Assembly (NCBI GenBank): GCA_045805065.1
Contig: JBJMMA010000041.1
Location: 1-11,905 of the forward strand
Direction of reading: 5' to 3'
DNA from: Bdellovibrionia bacterium
GTDB taxonomy: Bacteria > Bdellovibrionota > UBA1018
Length of the DNA: 11,905 bases
Below the pieces are notes generated by a model. That model was not told where the DNA came from, made no database searches, and was given only the letters and a program-made list of their open reading frames with translations. Shown in pieces: positions 1 to 7,288 of the stretch. The translations under genes were made by a program, and so were the position numbers. The number at the start of each line of letters is the position of its first letter. Positions within the stretch are counted from its first letter, which is position 1.

Positions 1-7
1 GATGCCG

Positions 8-34
8 AAAGGAAACTGCGACAGGAAGTCGCAG
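8..34 (-). terminator. Probable intrinsic terminator after hpt
   Basis: Perfect 7-bp inverted repeat CTGCGAC(16-22)/GTCGCAG(28-34), followed on the minus strand by TTTCCTTT, about 40 nt downstream of the hpt stop. Confidence 0.55.
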
Positions 35-75
35 CGAGGGGTGATCTGAATTTCGCGTTCTGTGTTTTTGCGAGA

Positions 76-609
76 TCAGTTCGGATACTTGAGATAATAG
101 ACGTCAGGCAGATTACGGCACTTCTCTTCGAGATCAAGTCCGTAGCCGATGAGGAATTGGTCGTCGATTGGGCGACCTACGTATTTCACCGGAACGTCGA
201 CAACGCGCTTGGAGGCTTTGTCGAGGAGAGTGACGATTTCGACGGATGCTGCGCCGGAGGATTTCAGACGCTCAAAAAGGAACTTGAGGGTGCGGCCGCT
301 GTCGATGATTTCTTCGACGATCAGGACGTGCTTGCCGCGGATGTCGCAGCTGATGTCCTTGAGGATCGTGACGGTTCCGCTGGAGGTACGGGCTTTGCCG
401 TAGCTCGAGAGACGAACGAATTCCACCTCGGTGTCGACCTTGATGTGACGGATGAGATCCGCCATGAAAACGATCGCACCTTTGAGGACACCTACCAATA
501 CCAATTGCTTGCCTTCGTAGTCGGCGTTGATTCGATTCGCCAGGGACTGGACGGCAGCGTCGATCTCGTGGCGATTGAGGTATTTGGTAAAGTTTTTATC
601 GTCCATCAT
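76..609 (-). CDS. hpt: Hypoxanthine phosphoribosyltransferase
   Basis: 177 aa with the HPRT motifs VGVLKGA, SSYG, the PRPP loop VLIVEEIIDSGRTL, LLDK and F.IGYGLD....RNLP. The start overlaps the tatA stop (ATGA). Confidence 0.95.
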   Translation of the reverse strand: MMDDKNFTKYLNRHEIDAAVQSLANRINADYEGKQLVLVGVLKGAIVFMADLIRHIKVDTEVEFVRLSSYGKARTSSGTVTILKDISCDIRGKHVLIVEEIIDSGRTLKFLFERLKSSGAASVEIVTLLDKASKRVVDVPVKYVGRPIDDQFLIGYGLDLEEKCRNLPDVYYLKYPN

Positions 610-899
610 GTATTATTGCCTGAAGAGGATGAAGAAGAGGAAGTCGTGGTGGCTGCTTCGACCGGTTGAGCAGTTGAAGCTTGAGCGGCAGCGGTTTGAG
701 CTGCGGCAGCTTGATGAGCTTGTTGAGCCTTTTGTTCTTCAATGCGGCGAAACTGAGCTTCTTCAACGCCAGATACGGCATCCTTGAAGTTACGAATCGC
801 TTTGCCTAAAGTGTTTCCGAGCTCCGGCAAGCGACGGGGTCCGAAAATGAGTAATACAATGCCCAAAATAAGTAGATGTTCGCCAGAAATTCCAAACAT
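606..899 (-). CDS. tatA: Twin-arginine translocase TatA/TatE family subunit
   Basis: N-terminal TM helix, FG hinge and amphipathic helix (LLIFGPRRLPELGNTLGKAIRNFKDA), then a low-complexity Q/A/T/S tail. Confidence 0.93.
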   Translation of the reverse strand: MFGISGEHLLILGIVLLIFGPRRLPELGNTLGKAIRNFKDAVSGVEEAQFRRIEEQKAQQAHQAAAAQTAAAQASTAQPVEAATTTSSSSSSSGNNT

Positions 900-1605
900 A
901 TCTAACCTATACAGGTGCCTGGGAGTCGTGTCAATTTGCCTGATCGGACTTGTCGCGATTGTGCACCCAAAACTGGGCCAAGCGGACGAGCTAAGGCCAC
1001 GTTCTGGCAGTCCTTATGTCCAAATCACAGGCGATGATGCCGAGGATGAGCGCACTCGCTGGGATACGATTTTTAATACGGCAACTTACGTCTTTGGAAC
1101 CGAGCCTTTTCCATTCCTCAAAGAGAACATTCACCTCCTGCCGGTGGGTAAGGCATTGGACCTGGCAAGCTCGGAGGGAAGAAACTCGGTTTTCCTGGCC
1201 AAGAGGGGATTTCAGGTTACCGGAGTGGATTACTCTGATGTTGCTCTCACCAAGGCTCGAAGACTGGCCCACGCCAATCACGTCAGCATCAAAACGGTGA
1301 ACGCCGATTTGACCGATTACACGATCAAGCCCGAATCCTACGATGTGATTCTCAACATCGACTTTCCTCAGCGCGGCCTCATCACTCAGATCAAGCGCGG
1401 CCTCAGACACGGGGGTATGGTCGTTTACGTGGGCTACACCGAAGATCAGACCAAAAACGAGGCTGGAAAATCGATCAGTCATCGCGAAAAGTTTTTCAAG
1501 AAGGGTGAGCTCAAAGAACTCTTCAAAGACTTCAAGGTTCTGGTCTATAAAGAGACCAATGACGGAAACGACGCGTACGCCAACTTGATTGCAAAGAAAC
1601 CGTGA
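847..1605 (+). CDS. Class I SAM-dependent methyltransferase, TehB-like; start uncertain (ATG 847, ATG 859 or GTG 928)
   Basis: W....Y.FG.EP..FL, motif I ALDLASSEGRNSVFLAKRG, V.GVD.S..AL, YDVI and L..GG. GGGGT lies 6 nt before ATG 847. The TTG at 784 is unlikely because it lies deep inside tatA. Confidence 0.85.
   Translation: MSNTMPKISRCSPEIPNISNLYRCLGVVSICLIGLVAIVHPKLGQADELRPRSGSPYVQITGDDAEDERTRWDTIFNTATYVFGTEPFPFLKENIHLLPVGKALDLASSEGRNSVFLAKRGFQVTGVDYSDVALTKARRLAHANHVSIKTVNADLTDYTIKPESYDVILNIDFPQRGLITQIKRGLRHGGMVVYVGYTEDQTKNEAGKSISHREKFFKKGELKELFKDFKVLVYKETNDGNDAYANLIAKKP
906..934 (-). promoter_or_regulatory. Sigma-70-like promoter for tatA-hpt
   Basis: The minus strand reads TTGACA(934-929)-N17-TATAGG(911-906)-N6-ATG(899). 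The -35 is perfect and the -10 matches 4/6. Confidence 0.55.
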
Positions 1606-2831
1606 CCACACTCAATTCGCATAGCGCCCAGCATCCGCCGCAACTCAAAAAAATCTCTGAACTCGCCTGGGTCTTTTTACGGATCGGATGCCTTGGATTT
1701 GGTGGACCCATCGCGACGATGGCGATGATGGAAGAAGAGGCCTGTCGCCGGCGCGGTTGGATCACGCAAGCTCAGTACAATGAGATGTACGCCATCACCA
1801 AAATGCTCCCGGGCCCTGCGTCCACGCAGCTTGCGATCTTTATCGGAAAAACTTATGCGGGCACGCTCGGTGGATTAGTCGCAGGAATCTTGTTTATCCT
1901 GCCGTCTTTTCTTTTTGTTCTCGCGCTCTCGATTCTCTACGTCAAGAGCGGCCATGTCAGTCAGGTGAGGGGACTCCTCACGGGTCTTCAAATCGGCGCG
2001 CTTGCGGTGATCCTGATCTCCGTTGAGCAGATGGCCAAGCATTACTGGAAAGAGCTCTACGCCTGGATCATCGTGGCGATCAGTGCCGTTTTGATTTTTT
2101 ATCAGCCTCGCTGGGAGCCTTTGGTGATTCTGTTCTTTGGTGTTCTGGGAGCGATTCTTTTCTCGCGTAAGTTCAAAAGCGACGCTGCTCATTCTGTGCC
2201 TGCAAGGACGTCGAGCCAAAGCGATGGCGAATTATCGGACGAATTGTCGGATACCACACTCAAGGCCGTGGTCGCAGCACCACTGGTGGGCGCGGCCAGT
2301 CTATCGACTTTGGGCCAGCTTTTTTGGACCTGCTTCAAGGCAGGAGCCTTTGTCTTTGGAACCGGGCTTGCGATTGTTCCCGTGCTGGAAGGGGATACGG
2401 TTTCGCACTTTCACTGGGTCACGCACAGTCAGTTCATGGATGGACTTGCCATCGGACAGATCACGCCGGGCCCGGTAGTCATCACTGTGACGTTTATTGG
2501 TTACATCGCGGCAGGGTTGCTGGGATCTCTCATCTCAACGATCGGGATATTCATGCCGCCGTTTATTAACATCCTGATTCTCGTTCCGCTTTTCTGGGCG
2601 CGCTGGAGTGGGACACCCTCCTCGAAAGGCTTTTCAAGCTGGGCGATCCCTGCAGTCATTGGGGGAATTCTTGGAACGATGGTGAGGTTGGGCGTGATCA
2701 CTGTCACGACGCCTGCGCAGCTTGTGCTTTTGATCGTCTGTCTAATTTGCGCCATGAGATTTCGCCCGCCAGCTTGGCTGCTCATTCCGGGAGCTGGAAT
2801 TGCCGCACAAGTACTTTCGTTCATAGGATAA
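1602..2831 (+). CDS. chrA: Chromate ion transporter (CHR family, long-chain, two homologous halves)
   Basis: GFGGP and MLPGP in the N-half, FGTGLA and GQITPGP in the C-half, with many TM segments. The GTG start overlaps the upstream stop (GTGA). Confidence 0.92.
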   Translation: MTTLNSHSAQHPPQLKKISELAWVFLRIGCLGFGGPIATMAMMEEEACRRRGWITQAQYNEMYAITKMLPGPASTQLAIFIGKTYAGTLGGLVAGILFILPSFLFVLALSILYVKSGHVSQVRGLLTGLQIGALAVILISVEQMAKHYWKELYAWIIVAISAVLIFYQPRWEPLVILFFGVLGAILFSRKFKSDAAHSVPARTSSQSDGELSDELSDTTLKAVVAAPLVGAASLSTLGQLFWTCFKAGAFVFGTGLAIVPVLEGDTVSHFHWVTHSQFMDGLAIGQITPGPVVITVTFIGYIAAGLLGSLISTIGIFMPPFINILILVPLFWARWSGTPSSKGFSSWAIPAVIGGILGTMVRLGVITVTTPAQLVLLIVCLICAMRFRPPAWLLIPGAGIAAQVLSFIG

Positions 2832-2903
2832 AACCTTCCTTTTGAGTGTTTCTTGAGTTTGATGCTTTGACCCGGCATATTAAATTGCAGCTCATTTTAG
2901 AAT

Positions 2904-3629
2904 ATGCGGACAAATCTCGTCACCATTCTCATCATCGATGACGACTCAACCTTTATCGATTCTGTTTCATTAGCGCTTCGGAGCCGAGGCACGATTCTGC
3001 GCGCTTCCTGCTTTGAGGAAGCCAGAAAGCTATTTTCCGGAATCGCCGTCGATATGGTCATCAGCGATTATCGGATGTCGCGAGGTGATGGGCACGATGT
3101 GCTTCGCGAGGTCAAGAAACTCTCTCCTCAAACGCCTGTGGTGCTTGTTACGGCATTTGCGGAAAAGGACATGGCCATTCGATCCGTGAATTTACGGGCG
3201 GATGGTTTGCTTGAGAAGCCAATCGACCTGGTCGAGCTGACTCAAACTGTGGATCGATTCCTTGAAGCAAAGGCTGAAAAAGACCAGAAAGTCGGAGCCT
3301 CACGCCCCATGGCGCCAAAGCCAAACGATCCGCTCGTTCGTCACGGAGATCTGGTTTTGAATTCCACCGATCTCTCGGTTTCGCATGAGGGGCAAACCTA
3401 CCAATTGACCGAGATCGAGTTCCGTATCCTTTGGACATTTGTCAGCAGCGAAGGAAAGAGAGTCAGCCGCGAAGAGCTCTTGATTAACGTCTGGGGAAAT
3501 TCGACACAGTCCTCAAATCTCTTTGATACCCATCTGACGAATCTCAAGAAGAAGCTCCCGTTTTTAAAGACCCGCCTGCGTGCTGTCCGCGGGCTGGGTT
3601 ATATCTACTCTCAATCCCCGACCGAATAG
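2904..3629 (+). CDS. OmpR/PhoB-family response regulator (REC + winged helix)
   Basis: ILIIDDD, phospho-acceptor in VISDYRM, VLVTA and EKP. The C-terminal region reads LTEIEFRIL, SREELL..VWG, DTHLTNLKKKL and VRGLGY. Confidence 0.93.
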   Translation: MRTNLVTILIIDDDSTFIDSVSLALRSRGTILRASCFEEARKLFSGIAVDMVISDYRMSRGDGHDVLREVKKLSPQTPVVLVTAFAEKDMAIRSVNLRADGLLEKPIDLVELTQTVDRFLEAKAEKDQKVGASRPMAPKPNDPLVRHGDLVLNSTDLSVSHEGQTYQLTEIEFRILWTFVSSEGKRVSREELLINVWGNSTQSSNLFDTHLTNLKKKLPFLKTRLRAVRGLGYIYSQSPTE

Positions 3630-3697
3630 TCTGCAGCATAGCAATCTGCTCCCATAGGGCGTGGCAAGGCTGCTTCTATTGGGGTAAGTTAGGGGAT

Positions 3698-4897
3698 ATG
3701 GAAAGATACAGAAAAGCCGCGGTCTGGTGCATGATCGGCTACTTCGTCAATTCTTCTCTGATCATGCTTTCAGAGATCCCGATGGTTCCTGAAAGCCAAA
3801 GAACGCTTTTCATTGTGACGAAGTTTCTTTTGATCGTGTGGACTATTCCCATGGCTTTCTGGCTTTATCGAGATGTCTTCTCACAGACTGCCAACACCAT
3901 CGTGGGTGTTTTGTTCATGATCTATGTCATTCATGGGCAATACTTCCGTCCGCTTTATTATTTCGCATTTGCCCAGCTCTTGATGCTGTACTCGTTTTTG
4001 TTTCCGATCTCAAAAACGCGTTTTCGAATCATCGCCGGTTTCGGTGGACTGGGTTATCTTGCGGTCTTTTTTTATCGCTGGGACGCCTACGTTGAGGCGC
4101 TTCGACATCCAAGTGCTTCCGACATGGTGTTTTGTGTTACTGCGATGTGGATCATCGGGTACATCGCGAATACTTTCTTTGCGTCGGAGCGAAGCTTTCG
4201 CGAAGAAGCGATGAAACGCTTTGGCCATATCGGGATCCAGACTGCGCGTGTTGTTCATGACTTGAAGGGCCTGGTCGCAGCTCCGAAGCTTTATGTGCAA
4301 ATGCTTCAATCCAAGTTCAATTCAGTGGAAGATGCCGAAGCGGTGGAAGTGTTAAACGCCCTTTCCAGAGACCTCGAAGGTTTCAGTCGCGTTCTCTTTG
4401 AGTTGAATCAGCTTTCGGGCTTCAAGTCGCAAGAAGTGGCGCAAGTATCGGTAAGTGAAGTCGTTGATTCACTCAGAGTTCTCTTGAAGAATCAGCTGTC
4501 TGGCGTCCAGCTCGATTCATCCGTTCAGATGACGATTGAGGCAGATAAGACGCTTTTTAGCTCGATGCTGATGAATCTCATTTTGAACTCGATTGATGCG
4601 TTCCGCGCCTCGAAGGTGAGCGAACCTAAAATATCGATCATCGAGGAAGATCATCGAATTCGGGTCATCGACAATGGCGGTGGTTTTGATCAACAGGTCC
4701 TGAAGTCGATTTCTCAAGGTCAATTCTTATCGACTCGCCCCAAGGGAAGTGCGCTGGGACTTTTCTTTGTTTTTGATGGCATGAAGAAGATGGGCGGGAG
4801 CGTAAAGACTTATAACATCGCTGATGGCGCATGCGTTGAGCTGATCTTTCCAAAAAAATATCAGGCGAAAAAAAACGGGCCAGACATTTCTGCCTGA
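3698..4897 (+). CDS. Membrane sensor histidine kinase with a polytopic N-terminus
   Basis: About 5-6 hydrophobic segments in the first ~165 aa. H-box ARVVHDLK, N-box NLILNSIDA, G1 DNGGGF and G2-like GSALGL. Confidence 0.9.
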   Translation: MERYRKAAVWCMIGYFVNSSLIMLSEIPMVPESQRTLFIVTKFLLIVWTIPMAFWLYRDVFSQTANTIVGVLFMIYVIHGQYFRPLYYFAFAQLLMLYSFLFPISKTRFRIIAGFGGLGYLAVFFYRWDAYVEALRHPSASDMVFCVTAMWIIGYIANTFFASERSFREEAMKRFGHIGIQTARVVHDLKGLVAAPKLYVQMLQSKFNSVEDAEAVEVLNALSRDLEGFSRVLFELNQLSGFKSQEVAQVSVSEVVDSLRVLLKNQLSGVQLDSSVQMTIEADKTLFSSMLMNLILNSIDAFRASKVSEPKISIIEEDHRIRVIDNGGGFDQQVLKSISQGQFLSTRPKGSALGLFFVFDGMKKMGGSVKTYNIADGACVELIFPKKYQAKKNGPDISA

Positions 4898-4903
4898 CCC
4901 GTT
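4868..4903 (-). terminator. Rho-independent terminator of the transglutaminase-like operon
   Basis: The minus strand reads AACGGGTCAGGCA-GAAA-TGTCTGGCCCGTT-TTTTTT: a 13-bp stem with two G-U pairs, a GNRA loop and a U-tract, about 30 nt after the stop at 4932. Confidence 0.85.
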
Positions 4904-4931
4904 GCTCGTTCTAGCGTTGCTAGCCTAGATT

Positions 4932-6398
4932 TTAATGGTGGCCGCCACCGGTGTTGCCAGTGTTGCTATGTCCACCACCCGTGCCCGTGCCGCCACCGCC
5001 ATGGGTGGGTACCGGAGCGGGAGCGGGAGCTGGTGCCGGATCCGTCGTAGGAGTCGACGTTGGATTCGAGCCAGGCCATGGGAAAGGCCACCATGGAGAA
5101 TGACTCGATGTCGGTACCGGAGTCGGGGCCGGATTGGTGATCACAGGTCCCGACGTGGTTCCTGGGTTAGGAGTCGACGATGGACGTGGGCTTGAACTTG
5201 GCGCAGGTTGAACCGTGCCAGGATGCGCCGACGTATCATCGCGTCCGCCCGGGACGAGGATGTGATTTTCAATCCAGCGGATATCAATCTGCGGATTGGC
5301 GCTATCATCATCCGGATCGGTCGATGGAACGAGTGAGTAGGGCACCCACATATAGTCAGGCCATGCATCGTTGGAGAATCCACCCATCTTCCAAGCACCA
5401 CCGAGGAAGTATTCGCCCTGACGAGTGACAATCACGTTACCCGAAGAGGTGATCTTTCCGTCGGCTCCGAAAACAACGGGAGCATCGAGCCAGATTTCCA
5501 TCTTAAGAACACGGCTTGCGTAAATATCCGTGTCATAGGCTGGGAAATCAAACGCAGGCGTTTGAACGTTTGCCGCAACTTCGTCGCTTGCCCACCACAT
5601 CGTGGAAGTGACGTTGATTCGGTAAACGTTTGGATGTTCTGGATCTGCTCCCAGGTAATCCTCGCGTTTTGGATATTCCATGCGATAGCCAGCCAATGGC
5701 TGGTTCCACACTTGATCGCCGGTGTAGCGGTCGATCAGAACCGTGTTCCCAAGCTTGCCCATGTAGTTGGTCAAGACGAGGAAGTATTGATCAGGAACCG
5801 TGTCATCGGCTTTTGGAGTATTGAAATCACCGCCGAAGTCGACGCGATTTCCAAAGAAGTCAGCGTTTGCGGACATGCCGGCCTCTGCGAGGAGACCCTT
5901 GATGTCTGCAACACCAAACTCAATTCCATTCACTTTCACAGAGTCAGTTGGTTCTGGATAGAGTGCAGACGATGCGCACCATCCGTTACAGTGACCCCAC
6001 CAGCCTTGAATGCCCTTGACGTTTGGACCGTGGAAGCGACCTTCCCAGCTTTGAGCGCTGGTCTGGTTGCCGCGAGCCGCATCGTACTTGCCTGCAGGGC
6101 TTCCGCCGCTGGTCGAGCGAGCCGAAGCGATGCCGTTTTCCTTATAAGGCCACCAATAACCTGCCCAAGGTGCACGTTTTGGCTTACCTTCAGCGTATTT
6201 ATTGATGAGAGCCGCGAAGTTCTTTTCGCCGGCCACATCGCCGCCGCGGAAACGTGGGTAAGGATTATTGCGTCCCGTTCCGTTGATGTCATCAAAGTTA
6301 AAGTCCGCACTTTCAGGCTTGCCGCATGATTGCAACGCCAGCACGGATGCAAGCGCTGCGACAAGAGTCGTAGTGATTCCTGCTTTGATCAGTTTCAT
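4932..6398 (-). CDS. Putative lipoprotein with a transglutaminase-elicitor (GP42/Pep-13-like) domain and a Pro/Ser/Thr/Gly-rich tail
   Basis: The ATG at 6398 has GGGAGG upstream and overlaps the upstream stop (ATGA). The signal peptide ends LALQSC. Ordered motifs PWAGYWWP, SPAGKYD, WWGHCNGW, EP...V..NG..F...DIKGLL, FFG.R, Y.GK.....ID and VWNQP match the family from recall. Confidence 0.85.
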   Translation of the reverse strand: MKLIKAGITTTLVAALASVLALQSCGKPESADFNFDDINGTGRNNPYPRFRGGDVAGEKNFAALINKYAEGKPKRAPWAGYWWPYKENGIASARSTSGGSPAGKYDAARGNQTSAQSWEGRFHGPNVKGIQGWWGHCNGWCASSALYPEPTDSVKVNGIEFGVADIKGLLAEAGMSANADFFGNRVDFGGDFNTPKADDTVPDQYFLVLTNYMGKLGNTVLIDRYTGDQVWNQPLAGYRMEYPKREDYLGADPEHPNVYRINVTSTMWWASDEVAANVQTPAFDFPAYDTDIYASRVLKMEIWLDAPVVFGADGKITSSGNVIVTRQGEYFLGGAWKMGGFSNDAWPDYMWVPYSLVPSTDPDDDSANPQIDIRWIENHILVPGGRDDTSAHPGTVQPAPSSSPRPSSTPNPGTTSGPVITNPAPTPVPTSSHSPWWPFPWPGSNPTSTPTTDPAPAPAPAPVPTHGGGGTGTGGGHSNTGNTGGGHH

Positions 6399-7219
6399 GA
6401 CGCCCTCCCGTTCACGTTCGAGCGAAGAAGAATGGACATGCCGGAGCTGGTCTTCAGATACGAAGGCCATGGATTACCGTATTGCCAAAGGATTTGGACA
6501 GGGCGTCCAAAGAAGTCATCTTGCTCAAGCCAGGTGCTTTGATTGAGCACTGGCTGATAGCCCGCGCGACTTGCAACGGATTGAACCGTGGCAGGAAGTT
6601 CAGGCAGGGAAGAAGGTGTGTTCTTGATCGCAGTTGCGATTTCAGGAACATCCAAAGCATAAAGCTCGATCGGAGTGATCCGAGAATGCAATCCGTCAGG
6701 CGAGACTTTCACTGCTTCAGCACTGCCTTTCAGACGATAGGCCTTCTCGGTTTGCACGAGTCGATCGCTCATTGTGAGAGTCAGCTCTTCGACTTTTGGA
6801 TCGACCGGGGTCATTCCAAAGTCAGAAATCTGCTTCACGCTGATCACGACTTGAGGCGTCGTGCCGTTGCGAACTTCCTTCACTTCGTAGTGAAAGACGC
6901 CGCCTTTGCCAACCTTAGGCGACTGCCCTTCAGCAATCGGAGCATAGGACAGCATCGGGTTTTTGATCTCCCAAGATGCAACATCCCAGGAGTCTCCAAC
7001 CTTATAATATCGGCCAAAATAGGCCTTAATGATCGGTGAGCTCAGCGCATTGGCTGATCCCGATTGCTGTGTCCGCGCAACTTTCTCGCTGACGATTTTA
7101 AGAGCGTTCTTGTAATCCTGTTCCGTCATTCCAAAAGTCGAAGAGCTTGCAACGAGCATCACTAAGCTCGAGCATAGGAGCCCTTTGTAGCTTTTATTTT
7201 TCCAATCAACCATTCGCAT
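6395..7219 (-). CDS. Hypothetical secreted protein
   Basis: 274-aa ORF with GGAGG upstream (start 7219 or 7213) and a Sec-type signal peptide (KGLLCSSLVMLVASSSTFG). It is coupled to the downstream gene. No family recognised. Confidence 0.85.
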   Translation of the reverse strand: MRMVDWKNKSYKGLLCSSLVMLVASSSTFGMTEQDYKNALKIVSEKVARTQQSGSANALSSPIIKAYFGRYYKVGDSWDVASWEIKNPMLSYAPIAEGQSPKVGKGGVFHYEVKEVRNGTTPQVVISVKQISDFGMTPVDPKVEELTLTMSDRLVQTEKAYRLKGSAEAVKVSPDGLHSRITPIELYALDVPEIATAIKNTPSSLPELPATVQSVASRAGYQPVLNQSTWLEQDDFFGRPVQILWQYGNPWPSYLKTSSGMSILLRSNVNGRAS

Positions 7220-7243
7220 AGACCCTCCGCGCCGTCAGCACTC

Positions 7244-7260
7244 AGCAATCGGCGTGCCGG
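7244..7260 (-). promoter_or_regulatory. Sigma-54 (-24/-12) promoter
   Basis: The minus strand reads CCGGCACGCCGATTGCT against the consensus YTGGCACG-N4-TTGCW, with exact GG-N10-GC spacing. The predicted start near 7233 lies just upstream of the GGAGG at 7228-7224. Confidence 0.8.
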
Positions 7261-7288
7261 ACAACCAAAAGCGTGTTAGCGTGGATGG

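Noticed and set aside
157..669. 170-aa plus-strand ORF, and other ORFs antisense to hpt/tatA
   Set aside because: Antisense shadows of well-supported genes, with no recognisable motifs.
615..730. Short imperfect repeats (GAAGAG, TTGAGC, GCAGC)
   Set aside because: They encode the low-complexity TatA tail and show no CRISPR-like repeat-spacer periodicity.
2872..2889. Sigma-54-like CCGGCATATTAAATTGCA upstream of the response regulator
   Set aside because: The spacing is GG-N11-GC, whereas sigma-54 requires N10.
5562..6329. 255-aa plus-strand ORF (also 6482-7039 and 991-1611)
   Set aside because: Each lies essentially entirely opposite a stronger gene and lacks protein-like motifs.
6399..6470. 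Upstream extension of the transglutaminase-like ORF
   Set aside because: It overlaps the upstream gene by 76 nt. ATG 6398 has the RBS, the ATGA coupling and the signal peptide.
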